Origin: Candidatus Saccharimonadota bacterium
Lineage (GTDB): Bacteria > Patescibacteriota > Saccharimonadia > Saccharimonadales > Saccharimonadaceae
DNA: 64,000 nt
Direction: 5' to 3'
Assembly: GCA_905373795.1 (NCBI GenBank)
Contig: CAJPUO010000002.1
Span: 92,882 to 156,881 of the forward strand
Part shown: positions 21,043-31,245 of the stretch, in pieces
Layout: the number at the start of each line of letters is the position of its first letter
How positions within the stretch are numbered: the stretch's first letter is position 1
Position numbers and translations under genes: made by a program
Notes under the pieces: model-generated
Databases searched by the model: none
Seen by the model: only the letters and a program-made list of their open reading frames with translations
What the model was told of the DNA's origin: nothing

Positions 21043-21785
21043 TTGCGGCAGATCAGCCGACATGCTTTCCGCTTGATCTGTTGGTTGCGGTTTCGTCGAA
21101 AGACGACGGCACCATGCTCAATCGTATTCGCGGTCGCCACGTAGCTGAGATAGTGAATAATCGGCGGCGGTTTTGCGATCAAATCGGCGTTAAGTATGAC
21201 GACGTTGTTTATCACGTGATTTCATATGATCAAGCGCAAACTTTTGATACTACCATCGAAGTCACTGAAACTGACACGACCCAACACAACAACGAGGGGA
21301 TTTTTGCTGACGCGCTATATACCGAAATGGCTGGTGTAGGATTGTTCCTGCCAGTGGCGGACTGTATCGCCACCGTCATCTATGATCCAAAACGCCGGGC
21401 GCTTATGCTGGCGCATTTGGGTCGGCATTCGACGGTTGCGCAGTTAATGCCTCGGGCAGTTCGGTATTTTGTCGAGCGCGGTAGCCAGGCAAAAGATTTA
21501 CAAATTTGGATGTCGCCAAGCATCACCCAGAAAAATTATCGTATGGATTATTTCAATCATATAAATGATACGAATTGGCAAAATTTCTGCCGTCAAACGG
21601 CTGACGGAATTTATCTGGATATGCAAGGATTTAATCGTTCGTTGGCCGTCCGGGCGGGCGTTCCTGGTGATAACATTTTCATTTCGCCAATTGATACGGC
21701 AGATGATTCAAATTATTTCTCACATTCAGCTGGCGATACAGGGGGAAGATTCGCAGTGCTGGCAGAGATAAAATCTACTAAATGA
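21039..21785 (+). CDS. PgeF/YfiH-family (polyphenol oxidase-like) protein
   Basis: ADAL...VADC..VIYDP...LAHLG and YFSH motifs; ATG overlaps rsmA stop (ATGA). Confidence 0.85.
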   Translation: MIAADQPTCFPLDLLVAVSSKDDGTMLNRIRGRHVAEIVNNRRRFCDQIGVKYDDVVYHVISYDQAQTFDTTIEVTETDTTQHNNEGIFADALYTEMAGVGLFLPVADCIATVIYDPKRRALMLAHLGRHSTVAQLMPRAVRYFVERGSQAKDLQIWMSPSITQKNYRMDYFNHINDTNWQNFCRQTADGIYLDMQGFNRSLAVRAGVPGDNIFISPIDTADDSNYFSHSAGDTGGRFAVLAEIKSTK

Positions 21786-21874
21786 GCTCCAAGACGTCTT
21801 GGCAATGTTGTGTGCTATCTTGATTAGTATTAGTATATTGCTAAAAAAATAAAGTATAAGTATAATGGTACCAA

Positions 21875-23386
21875 ATGAATAGATGTTGGAAAACAAAAAG
21901 GCTGGAATTTGGATTGGCCATCAAGGCGTTGGCCGTGACAATAGGTGTGCTAACAGCGTTTTCTGGTCCTATGTTTTACCCGCCAAAAGCTGTCGCCGAC
22001 GCCATCAATGACACAGATTTTGTGTTTACCGTGGACACGCGCAAATCTGGGTCGCCAGATACCCAGTTCGTCATTCCGATAAGAGGAGGCGGATATAATT
22101 ATACTATCGATTGTAATAATGATGGTACGGTTGAAGCAACCGCTCAGACTGGATCTTATACTTGCAGCTACGCTACGCCTGGCGTATATACGATTCGTAT
22201 CGGAGGTATGTTTCCAGAGTTTTATCTCAATAACGGCGGCGATAAATTGAAGATGATTTCTATTGATCAGTGGGGGAAGAATAAATGGAGATCGTTGGTG
22301 GCTTCGTTTTACGGTGCTGCAAATATGGATATAAAGGCGATTGATACTCCCGATTTGTCGCAGACTGACTCGATATACTCTGTCTTTAGAGGCAATACTT
22401 CTCTCAAGGGTGAGAATGCTAACTGGAATTGGAACACCTCGACCGTTACTAATATGGGTAGTGCGTTTAGCGATACTGAAAATTTCAATCAAAACATCGG
22501 GTCGTGGGATGTGTCTAACGTTGTTTTTGCTGGCGGTTTATTTAATAATGCGACATCATTCAATAATGGCGACAGCGATTCAATTAAAAACTGGAACACT
22601 GGTAAAATGACTGCAATGAATGCAATGTTTCAAAACGCAGTTAAGTTTAATCAGCCGATAGGGTCGTGGGATGTTTCGAAAGCCGAGTTGATGAGTGAAA
22701 TGTTTAATGGTGCTCGCGCTTTTAATCAATCTTTGGCGGGCTGGCGGCTAGATTCGTTAGTTTCGACAACCGGTTTGCCCAACAGCTATTGGTCTGGCGC
22801 TCCTAGAATGTTGAATAATAGCGGCTTGTCTACGAAAAATTATGATGCTACTTTGATATCTTGGAATATTCAATCAACTAACTCACCACTTATACTAGGA
22901 GCCGCCGGGTTGAAATATTGCACTGCTGATGCGGCTAGAAAAAATCTAATCAAGCCAGTCGCCGACGGCGGGCATGGCTGGACTATCAATGGCGATGCAA
23001 AGGAGTGTCCGAAGCATACTGTAGTTTTTGATACCCAGGGCGGAATGGCAATTGCCAACCAAGAAGTTGTTTTTACTGATAAAATTACCGCGCCAGCTGT
23101 GCCAAATCGGCAGGGTTATACTTTTGCTGGGTGGTATACGGATAACACTTTTGCGAGAGCCTGGAACTTTGCTGTCGATACTATGCCAGACAGTAATTTA
23201 ACTTTATATGCAAAGTGGATCAAGAATCCTAAGTCTGTTGCAACAAGCGGTGGTGCTTCGGAAAACAATTCAAGCTCATCAACCAAGCTGGCCGAGACTG
23301 GCTCGGATGTGTCAATGCTTCTTTTTGCGACTGCTGGATTTATAGTGACTGGATTTATTCTAATTAAATTAATAAAACAAATTTAA
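21875..23386 (+). CDS. BspA/DUF285-type LRR surface protein with InlB B-repeat and LAETG sorting signal
   Basis: Repeats WNTS.VT.M..MF....FNQ.IG.WDVS; PNRQGYTFAGWY...LTLYAKW; LAETG + TM + basic tail. Confidence 0.85.
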   Translation: MNRCWKTKRLEFGLAIKALAVTIGVLTAFSGPMFYPPKAVADAINDTDFVFTVDTRKSGSPDTQFVIPIRGGGYNYTIDCNNDGTVEATAQTGSYTCSYATPGVYTIRIGGMFPEFYLNNGGDKLKMISIDQWGKNKWRSLVASFYGAANMDIKAIDTPDLSQTDSIYSVFRGNTSLKGENANWNWNTSTVTNMGSAFSDTENFNQNIGSWDVSNVVFAGGLFNNATSFNNGDSDSIKNWNTGKMTAMNAMFQNAVKFNQPIGSWDVSKAELMSEMFNGARAFNQSLAGWRLDSLVSTTGLPNSYWSGAPRMLNNSGLSTKNYDATLISWNIQSTNSPLILGAAGLKYCTADAARKNLIKPVADGGHGWTINGDAKECPKHTVVFDTQGGMAIANQEVVFTDKITAPAVPNRQGYTFAGWYTDNTFARAWNFAVDTMPDSNLTLYAKWIKNPKSVATSGGASENNSSSSTKLAETGSDVSMLLFATAGFIVTGFILIKLIKQI

Positions 23387-23578
23387 TTTGTTGGCTATAA
23401 CATGAAGGTAGGTAGCATTTATGTTTAGTTAGAGATATGCTAATTTGGTAATTAGTTTATTGATGCTCTATTGACCTTTTTGCAACTTTCGTCTTGATGC
23501 GCGATCTGTTGTTTGCTGAACGATCCGTAAAATCTATTGTCAAAAAGCTAAAGCATAAGTACAATAATAATAATCATC

Positions 23579-25084
23579 ATGAATAAACATTTTAGAGTAA
23601 CGAAAATACAGAAATTTAAGCTGCCACTAAGGTCGCTGATTTTAGTGTCTGGTGTCTTGTCGGTGCTTGTTGCATCAACACTCTATTCGCCAAAAGTCGC
23701 AGCTGACGCTATCAACAACACAGACTTCGTATTTACTGTTGATACCAGAAAGCCGGGGTCGCCAAACACTCAGTTTGTTATTCCGACAAGCGGTTCAGGA
23801 TACAATTATACTGTTGACTGCAATAATGACGGTGTAACTGAGGTATCTGGGCAGACTGCCTCTTATACTTGTAGTTACGCTACGCCGGGGATCTACACTA
23901 TACGCATTGGCGGCGCCTTTTCATGGTTTATCGTGAATGGTAGGGGTGATAGGCTAAAACTGCTTTCGATCGATCAATGGGGTACGAACAAGTGGAAGAA
24001 TATGCGTTCTGCCTTTGCTGGCGCGGAGAATATGGATGTCAAGGCAACTGATACGCCAGATTTAAGCCAAACTACCGATTTATCGTGGATGTTTATCGGA
24101 AATAAATCGCTAAAAGGCGAGTCTGCTAACTGGAATTGGAATACATCAACTATTACTAAAATGCCGGGCGTCTTTCAAAATGCAAACCAGTTTAATCAAA
24201 ATATAGGTTCTTGGGATGTTTCAAATGTGACTGATACCGCTGCTATGTTTAGCGGCGCTAGCACTTTCAATAACGGAGGTAGCGATTCTATTGCGAATTG
24301 GAATACATCGAATCTCGTGATTGCAAATGATATGTTCCGAAAGGCAGCGTCGTTCAACCAGCCGATTGGCTCGTGGGATATGAAGAAAGTGCAGTTTCTT
24401 GTTCGTTTTTTAAGCGATGCGACTTCGTTCAATCAATCGCTAGCTGCTTGGCGATTGGATTCGTTGGTTATTTTGCCGGGAAAACCGTTGTCTGGTGCGG
24501 CGGCCGCGCTTGATCATACAGCGATTTCGCGCCAGAATTACGATGCTATGCTAATTGCTTGGAATGCGCAGAATCTAAAATCGCCAATGTCGCTTGGTGC
24601 GGCTGGTTTGAAATTTTGTGCAGCTGCTTCGGCGCGGGCTAACATCTTGAAGCCTGTTGCTGACGGCGGACACGGCTGGACAATCACTAGCGATGGAAAA
24701 TTGTGTACAAAACATAAAGTAACATTTGATTCGCAATCTGGTTCTGCGGTGGCAGATGAAATGGTTAGCTATACTGATAAAATTACCGCGCCAGCTGAGC
24801 CGACTCGTCAGGGTTATACTTTTGCTGGGTGGTACACGGATACTGCTTTTACGACGGCTTGGAACTTCGCAAATGACACGATGCCGGATAACAACTTAAC
24901 TTTGTATGCAAAATGGACTAAAAATCCTGATCATGCCTCTCTAGATACGGTGAATAATAATCCAAATAGTAGCTCAAAGCCATCGGCTAAATTAGCCGAT
25001 ACGGGCGTAGATATGGTATCGTCTTTTTCTGCGGCCGCTATGTTCGTGCTGTTTGGCGCTGTTATATTAAAGCGCGGCAGGTAA
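23579..25084 (+). CDS. BspA/DUF285-type LRR surface protein paralogue with InlB B-repeat and LADTG sorting signal
   Basis: Same architecture as the upstream gene; LADTG + TM + KRGR. Confidence 0.85.
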   Translation: MNKHFRVTKIQKFKLPLRSLILVSGVLSVLVASTLYSPKVAADAINNTDFVFTVDTRKPGSPNTQFVIPTSGSGYNYTVDCNNDGVTEVSGQTASYTCSYATPGIYTIRIGGAFSWFIVNGRGDRLKLLSIDQWGTNKWKNMRSAFAGAENMDVKATDTPDLSQTTDLSWMFIGNKSLKGESANWNWNTSTITKMPGVFQNANQFNQNIGSWDVSNVTDTAAMFSGASTFNNGGSDSIANWNTSNLVIANDMFRKAASFNQPIGSWDMKKVQFLVRFLSDATSFNQSLAAWRLDSLVILPGKPLSGAAAALDHTAISRQNYDAMLIAWNAQNLKSPMSLGAAGLKFCAAASARANILKPVADGGHGWTITSDGKLCTKHKVTFDSQSGSAVADEMVSYTDKITAPAEPTRQGYTFAGWYTDTAFTTAWNFANDTMPDNNLTLYAKWTKNPDHASLDTVNNNPNSSSKPSAKLADTGVDMVSSFSAAAMFVLFGAVILKRGR

Positions 25085-25184
25085 TTTAATAGCGGTGCGC
25101 AATCGAGAAGGCTTCTACTTGTGGCAAGTATGCTAGAAATTCCTTTTCGTTCATTTTTGCCAAGGGGGTGATATAATATATATC

Positions 25185-26696
25185 ATGACTAAACAACACG
25201 CCTACATTACCACTGCTATTCCTTATGTCAACGGTTTGCCGCACATTGGGCATGCCATGGACTACATGTTGGCGGATGTGTGGGCGCGGTATCAGCAGCA
25301 AAATGGTCGTGAAGTACGTTTCCAGACGGGCGTGGATGAGCATGGCAATAAAATTGCTGCCAAGGCTGCCAGCCAAAATCAGACACCACAAGCCTATGTC
25401 GACCAAATGCATGGCAATTTCCAAAACATGATTGCCGAGTTGAATATTTCAGCGACGGATTTTATCCGCACAACTGACCCGCATCACGTTAGTGCGGTGC
25501 AGTATATTTGGCAGAAACTTGCTGCGGCCGGTTACATCTACAAAGGCACTTATGAGGGCTGGTATTGTCAGGGCTGCGAGGCGTTCGTCACTGACAAAGA
25601 AGCGGCTGAAAATAATGGCATTTGTCCTGATCATCAGTCGCCGTACCAACGGCTGAGCGAGGAAAATTATTATTTCAAAACCAGTGCTTTTTCGGAGAAC
25701 ATTCGCCAGGCCATTGAATCAAACAAGATGAAAATTGTGCCTGAATTTCGCAAAAAAGAATTTTTGGAGTTGATGAAAGATGGCCTGAAAGATGTGTCAA
25801 TTTCGCGTCCGCGCAAGAACCTCAGCTGGGGTGTGCCGGTGCCGGGCGACGACACGCAGGTGATGTATGTTTGGCTGGATGCGCTGAGTAATTACATCAC
25901 GGTCATTGGTTATCCTGACCGAGCTGATGAATGGCAGGCATTTTGGCCGGCGGATGTGCAGGTGATCGGCAAGGATATCCTTCGTTTTCATGCCGGGATT
26001 TGGCCGGCGATGCTGATGGCGCTGGATTTGCCGCTGCCAAAGGCGCTGTTGGTGCACGGATTTATCAATGTTGGTGGTACCAAAATGAGTAAGAGTCTCG
26101 GTAATGGCGTTGGTCCCGCTGACATCATCCCGCATTATGGTGTCGAGGCCTTTCGCTATTATTTCCTGCGCCACGTGCCAACACAAGATGACGGTGACTT
26201 TACTTGGGAGAAGTTTGAAGCGGCTTATAACGGCGAGCTAGGTAATGATCTCGGTAATTTGGTGCAGCGGGTGGCAAAGATGGTGCAGAGTTATCAAGCC
26301 GGCGTTATTGGCGATGCGCCGCAATCTGAGCACGATATGGGGCCGTACCGTGCCGATATGGAGTCTTTGAATTTTAACCTAGCAATTGATGAAATTTGGC
26401 AGATTATCCGTTCGCTCAATCAATACATCGAGCGCGTGCAACCATGGCAGGTTGCTAAAAAACGCGACAAAGATCCAGAGGCGGAAGCACATTTGGGCGA
26501 GATTTTGGCGCATGCCAGCGGTACGTTGCTTCAAGTATCCAACATGCTTCGTCCATTTATGCCGCAAACTGCTGAGAAAATTCACGACATGTTTGCCAGT
26601 GGTGTCGTGCCGTCAGAGCTGACACCATTATTCCCGCGCAAATATCTACATACGTCCGATCCGCGCGCCCCAAAAGTAGAAGCCCAGGGTAAATAA
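25185..26696 (+). CDS. metG: Methionine--tRNA ligase (short form)
   Basis: YITTAIPYVNGLPHIGH, KMSKS, YVWLDAL. Confidence 0.97.
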   Translation: MTKQHAYITTAIPYVNGLPHIGHAMDYMLADVWARYQQQNGREVRFQTGVDEHGNKIAAKAASQNQTPQAYVDQMHGNFQNMIAELNISATDFIRTTDPHHVSAVQYIWQKLAAAGYIYKGTYEGWYCQGCEAFVTDKEAAENNGICPDHQSPYQRLSEENYYFKTSAFSENIRQAIESNKMKIVPEFRKKEFLELMKDGLKDVSISRPRKNLSWGVPVPGDDTQVMYVWLDALSNYITVIGYPDRADEWQAFWPADVQVIGKDILRFHAGIWPAMLMALDLPLPKALLVHGFINVGGTKMSKSLGNGVGPADIIPHYGVEAFRYYFLRHVPTQDDGDFTWEKFEAAYNGELGNDLGNLVQRVAKMVQSYQAGVIGDAPQSEHDMGPYRADMESLNFNLAIDEIWQIIRSLNQYIERVQPWQVAKKRDKDPEAEAHLGEILAHASGTLLQVSNMLRPFMPQTAEKIHDMFASGVVPSELTPLFPRKYLHTSDPRAPKVEAQGK

Positions 26697-26698
26697 TA

Positions 26699-27517
26699 AT
26701 GATTCTGACGGCGGAGAATAGTATGGCGGCAGACTTACGCTTGATTGACTCGCACTGTCATCTGCATGATACCGAGTTTTTCGCGGACAATCGCGAGGAG
26801 CTGTATCAGCAAACAATCGCGGCGGGCATCGGCATGATTTGTGTTGGTACTGACGAGCGCAGCAGTCGACAAGCAGTAGAGTTTGCCGCGAATCGCGACT
26901 ATACTTGGGCGGCAGTTGGCGTTCATCCGCATGACAGCAAAGATGGCTGGAATGAGGTGGAGCAACTGCTTAAAAGCAGAGAGGATAATTCGCCGATTGT
27001 GGCGATTGGCGAGATCGGTCTTGATTATTATTACAATCACAGCCCGCGCGATGTGCAGATTCAGGCGCTGGAGGCGCAGCTGCAGCTGGCAATAGATTAT
27101 GATTTGCCAGTTAGTTTTCACATTCGCGATGGCGCAGCTGGCCAGATATCAGTGTGGGATGATTTTTGGCCGATTTTTGATAATTTCCATGACCTGCGCG
27201 GTGTACTGCACAGTTTTACTGATACGCGCCTTAATTTAGACAAGGGGTTTGCTCGCGGATTGTACGTTGGTTTGAATGGAATTAGCACTTTTACTAAAGA
27301 CCAAGCACAGCGGGAATTATTCGCCTCCATTCCGTTGGAGCGGTTATTATTAGAGACCGACGCACCGTTCTTGACACCAAAGCCATTTCGTGGTAAGATG
27401 AATATGCCAAGATATGTAGAACTGGTAGCGAAATATTGGGCGGATAATCGAAACATACCTTTTGACGATTTGTCTGAAGCTACGGTTCGCAATACTAAGA
27501 ACCTTTTTGGCATATAA
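26699..27517 (+). CDS. tatD: TatD family nuclease
   Basis: IDSHCHL, VGVHPH, IGEIGLDYY, LLETDAPFL. Confidence 0.94.
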   Translation: MILTAENSMAADLRLIDSHCHLHDTEFFADNREELYQQTIAAGIGMICVGTDERSSRQAVEFAANRDYTWAAVGVHPHDSKDGWNEVEQLLKSREDNSPIVAIGEIGLDYYYNHSPRDVQIQALEAQLQLAIDYDLPVSFHIRDGAAGQISVWDDFWPIFDNFHDLRGVLHSFTDTRLNLDKGFARGLYVGLNGISTFTKDQAQRELFASIPLERLLLETDAPFLTPKPFRGKMNMPRYVELVAKYWADNRNIPFDDLSEATVRNTKNLFGI

Positions 27518-27530
27518 GTGGAGAGAAAAT

Positions 27531-27881
27531 ATGAACAAGGGAAGAGTAACTGGGCCAGATAGCTTAAATTTGAAAACACCAGAAAGAGACGGCAAGATGT
27601 CTCAGAGCGTGAGGGTGCCGGAGCGGTCTTATAATAATAAAGCGAAAGGTGAGCTTCCTGCTAATGAGGTTGGTAATTTTTATAAAACTGGCGGTATTGA
27701 AGGCGGCGCGGCGATCAAGTCAACGCTAATTTATTCTGATGGCGCTGAAAAGCAAGTAAACTATACTGATTACAGAAGAACTTTGGAGGCTGTGAAGAAT
27801 CCTGAAAAAAAGGCTATACAGGAAGTTTTGTCTATGGGCGCTAACCTTGGTGCATTTCGTGCAGAGAAAGCAGAGGGCTAA
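27531..27881 (+). CDS. Hypothetical protein
   Basis: ORF with GGAG upstream of ATG 27531; no recognised motif. Confidence 0.55.
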   Translation: MNKGRVTGPDSLNLKTPERDGKMSQSVRVPERSYNNKAKGELPANEVGNFYKTGGIEGGAAIKSTLIYSDGAEKQVNYTDYRRTLEAVKNPEKKAIQEVLSMGANLGAFRAEKAEG

Positions 27882-27884
27882 TAA

Positions 27885-28322
27885 GTGCCGAGCATTCTTA
27901 AAAAAGCTCTGAAGTTAGTTTTTGCTGATGACGGCAGTACTGGTTTGGTTGCTGCTCTGAAAAAGAAAAACCGACCGCTGAAAAAATTTACCGAGCGCGA
28001 GTTGATTCAATTAGAAAGCGAGATTGGCGCAACTATTTTTGGTGAAAAGCCAGCTAATGTAACGCGGCGGGAATTTTTTAATTTAGATAAAGACACGTGG
28101 ATTTGGTACGAAGAAATTGTTGATAAAGATGGCAAAAAACAGGAGTTGACGACACGCTACGAAGTGCAGCCAAAGGGTATTTTGAAAGTTCAGCCGAATT
28201 ATCGGTACAGCTATCTGGAGGGAGACGAGTTGCAAAATTTTGTACTGGCGGTTAAAGAATATTACGAACGAGTTTCCCGGGATCTATATAAGCGCGATCC
28301 GCAGACTGGTTATCGTCTCTGA
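27885..28322 (+). CDS. Hypothetical protein
   Basis: 145-aa ORF filling the gap in the operon. Confidence 0.7.
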   Translation: MPSILKKALKLVFADDGSTGLVAALKKKNRPLKKFTERELIQLESEIGATIFGEKPANVTRREFFNLDKDTWIWYEEIVDKDGKKQELTTRYEVQPKGILKVQPNYRYSYLEGDELQNFVLAVKEYYERVSRDLYKRDPQTGYRL

Positions 28323-28334
28323 TATAATAAAGAG

Positions 28335-29489
28335 GTGAAAGACAAATTTATATATCTTGATCACGCTGCTGCTACGCCGATGGATCTGTTGGTGATTGAA
28401 GCAATGCAGCCGTATTTTTCTGAGAAGTTTTTTAACCCGTCCAGTCCATATGCACCGGCGGTCGCCGTCAAGCGTGACTACCGCGAAGCCAAGTCGCGTA
28501 TCGCGCGAGTGCTGGGCGTGGGTGCGGATGAGTTAGTGATGACGGCTGGCGCCACGGAGTCGATCAATTTGGCGTTTACCGCGGCGGGCGGCGTGAGTTT
28601 GATCTCGGCGATTGAGCATAGCTCGGTTATCAATTCTGCAAAAGCGCGTTCTGACGTTCGGCTTATCCCACCGATGAAAAATGGACGCATCGATCCGCAG
28701 GCTGTTAAAAAACTGCTGACGCCAGACGTTAGTTTTATAAGCATCGCGCTAGCGAATCATGAGCTCGGGTATATTCAGCCCATTGAAGAAATTGCCGAAG
28801 TTGTAAGGCTCGAGCGCATGCGGCGCCAGGAAAATGGCGAATCAACGCCGCTTATATTTCATACCGATGCCTCGCAGACCGCGGCGCTGATGGATGTGAA
28901 AATTAAGCGGCTGGGGGTTGATTTGTTGACGCTATCGGCGGCAAAAGTTTACGGGCCAAAGCAGGTTGGTTTGCTATGGATACGGCCGGGCGTCAAGCTA
29001 CAGCCGAATATCGTTGGCGGCGGTCAGGAGGCGGGCCTGCGTAGCGGCACGGAAAATGTGGCTGGTGTGGTCGGCTTTGCTACGGCGCTGAAACTAGCTG
29101 CCAAACGTCGCAGCGGTGAAGTAAAACGTCTGCGAGGTCTGCGTGATACGTTAGTAAAGAAGCTATTAGCGGCTTTCCCCGACATGATTATTTCTTCTGA
29201 TCAGAAAAGATCGCTGGTTAATTTCCTCAATATTTCATTTCCTGGTGTTGATGCTGAACGATTAGTGTTTTTACTGGAAGCGCGCGGCGTGCTGGTGGCG
29301 ACGGGTAGTGCTTGTGCGGCTAATTCGGGGACGCGATCACATGTTTTGGCGGCGATCGGGTTGGGTGATACGGCGATTGATGGTAGTCTGCGGCTCACCT
29401 TCGGGCGATTGAACAATGAGACGCAAGTTATGCGGGCGGCGGACGAGATTATTACTGCAGTGCGTACGGAGCAGGAGCGAACGCGATGA
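28335..29489 (+). CDS. iscS: Cysteine desulfurase (IscS/NifS family)
   Basis: YLDHAAATP, HTDASQ, SAAKVYGPK, RSGTEN, GSACA. Confidence 0.9.
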   Translation: MKDKFIYLDHAAATPMDLLVIEAMQPYFSEKFFNPSSPYAPAVAVKRDYREAKSRIARVLGVGADELVMTAGATESINLAFTAAGGVSLISAIEHSSVINSAKARSDVRLIPPMKNGRIDPQAVKKLLTPDVSFISIALANHELGYIQPIEEIAEVVRLERMRRQENGESTPLIFHTDASQTAALMDVKIKRLGVDLLTLSAAKVYGPKQVGLLWIRPGVKLQPNIVGGGQEAGLRSGTENVAGVVGFATALKLAAKRRSGEVKRLRGLRDTLVKKLLAAFPDMIISSDQKRSLVNFLNISFPGVDAERLVFLLEARGVLVATGSACAANSGTRSHVLAAIGLGDTAIDGSLRLTFGRLNNETQVMRAADEIITAVRTEQERTR

Positions 29490-30082
29490 TTCATCGGTTA
29501 ATCGGCTTGGTGCTAATTGCAGTTGTAGTCATCGTCGGCCTGAGTTATTATTTATCGCCGGATGACTTGAAAGATTGTCCGCGCCCTGGCTCAGGGCAAT
29601 GCCAAAAAGCGGGCGCCATCATCGTTATTAGCGGCGGCGACACGGAAGCGCGTACGGCTGAGGCAGTCAAATTATATCAAACTGGCTGGGCGCCGACTAT
29701 TATCTTATCTGGTGCTGCGGCCGATAAATCCGGCCCGTCTAATGCCGCCGCCATGAGAAAACAAGCCGAGGCGGCGGGTGTGCCAGCTGCGGCCTTGGTG
29801 ATGGACGAACGTTCAGAGACCACCAAACAAAACGCCCAAGAAGTGGCAAACATCATAGCGCAGCGCGGCATCAAGCGCGTCATTCTGGTCACCAGCGGCT
29901 ATCACATGCGGCGGGCGCTGGCTGAGTTTTCAGCGCAACTGCCGAATGTTGAGCTGCGGGCACGCCCGACGACGCATGACAAGCATTGGAGTGCATGGTG
30001 GTGGCTGACGCCGTGGGGTTGGTGGCTGGCGGTTGGTGAATTGTTGCGGATTAGCTTGTTTGCGCTGGGGGTGTCGCGCTAA
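29486..30082 (+). CDS. YdcF/ElyC (DUF218) family protein
   Basis: TM; IIVISGG, IILSG, SETTKQNA, LVTSGYHMRRA. Confidence 0.88.
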   Translation: MIHRLIGLVLIAVVVIVGLSYYLSPDDLKDCPRPGSGQCQKAGAIIVISGGDTEARTAEAVKLYQTGWAPTIILSGAAADKSGPSNAAAMRKQAEAAGVPAAALVMDERSETTKQNAQEVANIIAQRGIKRVILVTSGYHMRRALAEFSAQLPNVELRARPTTHDKHWSAWWWLTPWGWWLAVGELLRISLFALGVSR

Positions 30083-31245
30083 TGGCCCGGGTATTCGTTG
30101 GCATGTCGGGCGGCGTTGATTCGTCGGTAGCGGCAGCGCTATTGGTTGAGCAAGGCCACGACGTCACTGGTGTCTATATGAAAAATTGGTCGGAAGATTT
30201 GCCGGGTATGCATTGTCCGTGGGCGGAAGATGTGGCTGACGCTAAGCGCGTGGCGGTGGGGCTGGGAATTAATTTTCAGGTGTTTGATTTTCAGAAAGAG
30301 TATAAGCAAAATGTCGTTGACTATATGATCCGCGAATACCAGGCGGGTCGGACGCCAAATCCTGATGTGATGTGTAATCAAGAGGTGAAGTTTAAGTTAT
30401 TTTTAGAGGCGGCGTTGGCGGCGGGCGCGGAGTATATTGCGACAGGGCATTATGCGCGCACTTTTCTTCCCGCGGGTCCTGTCGCTCGGTCCGCCCCTGA
30501 AAATTTTTCAGATGAGCTGAAAATATTTTCGGGCGCTACCCCGCCTCGCGCCACCCGCAGAGCGGATTCTTGCTTGAGCGAGGGTCGGTTACTCCGTGCT
30601 CACGATGACAACAAAGACCAAACTTATTTCCTGTACCGCGTGACGTCCGAGGCACTGGCAAAAACTATGTTTCCGCTGGGTGATTTTACTAAGGCTGAGG
30701 TGCGCCAGATGGCTAAGGAGCGGGGTTTGTGGACGGCCAGCAAAAAGGAATCGATGGGGATTTGCTTTGTTGGGCAAGTGGGGATTCGCGAGTTTTTGTC
30801 AGAATATGTTGAGACTAGCCCAGGTGACATTATTGACCAACAAACAGGCGTGGTTGTTGGGCGGCATGACGGGGCGATATTTTACACTTTGGGTCAGCGT
30901 CATGGCCTGAATGTTGGTGGCGGCTTGCCGTATTATGTCGTCGGCAAAGATATGGCCAAGAATGAAGTTTACGTGTCCCGCTCAATTGATAATGCAAAAT
31001 TGTGGCGCAAAGAGTTGACACTGGCTGACGTTCACTGGATCAATCAGCCGCCAAAAGGTGATGCCTGTCAAGTTCGGGTGCGACATCGGGCGCCGCTTAT
31101 TAATGCGGAGATTACGCGTGTGAACGACGATGCTGGCGAGAAGGTGACAGTGCAGCTGTCCGAGCCGCAGCGCGCCGCCACCCCAGGTCAGTCAGCCGTG
31201 ATATATGACGGCGAGGAATGTTTGGGCGGCGGGATTATTTACTAA
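30082..31245 (+). CDS. mnmA: tRNA 2-thiouridylase MnmA, with an internal in-frame insertion
   Basis: GMSGGVDSS, TPNPDVMCN, ATGHYAR, KDQTYFL, ESMGICF, TPGQSAV. Confidence 0.96.
   Translation: MARVFVGMSGGVDSSVAAALLVEQGHDVTGVYMKNWSEDLPGMHCPWAEDVADAKRVAVGLGINFQVFDFQKEYKQNVVDYMIREYQAGRTPNPDVMCNQEVKFKLFLEAALAAGAEYIATGHYARTFLPAGPVARSAPENFSDELKIFSGATPPRATRRADSCLSEGRLLRAHDDNKDQTYFLYRVTSEALAKTMFPLGDFTKAEVRQMAKERGLWTASKKESMGICFVGQVGIREFLSEYVETSPGDIIDQQTGVVVGRHDGAIFYTLGQRHGLNVGGGLPYYVVGKDMAKNEVYVSRSIDNAKLWRKELTLADVHWINQPPKGDACQVRVRHRAPLINAEITRVNDDAGEKVTVQLSEPQRAATPGQSAVIYDGEECLGGGIIY
30465..30570. repeat. Palindromic REP/RPE-like element inserted in frame in mnmA
   Basis: ~18-bp imperfect stem 30493-30511 / 30517-30536; outer gcgggt 30472-30477 / acccgc 30553-30558; boundaries approximate. 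Confidence 0.65.

Noticed and set aside
21789..21802. Perfect 14-bp palindrome CCAAGACGTCTTGG after the pgeF-like gene
   Set aside because: Single occurrence noticed, no loop or U tract, no linked regulator
21875..25084. Repeats as a CRISPR array or diversity-generating retroelement
   Set aside because: Repeats are degenerate and protein-coding; no cas or reverse transcriptase gene, and no adenine-specific TR/VR pair
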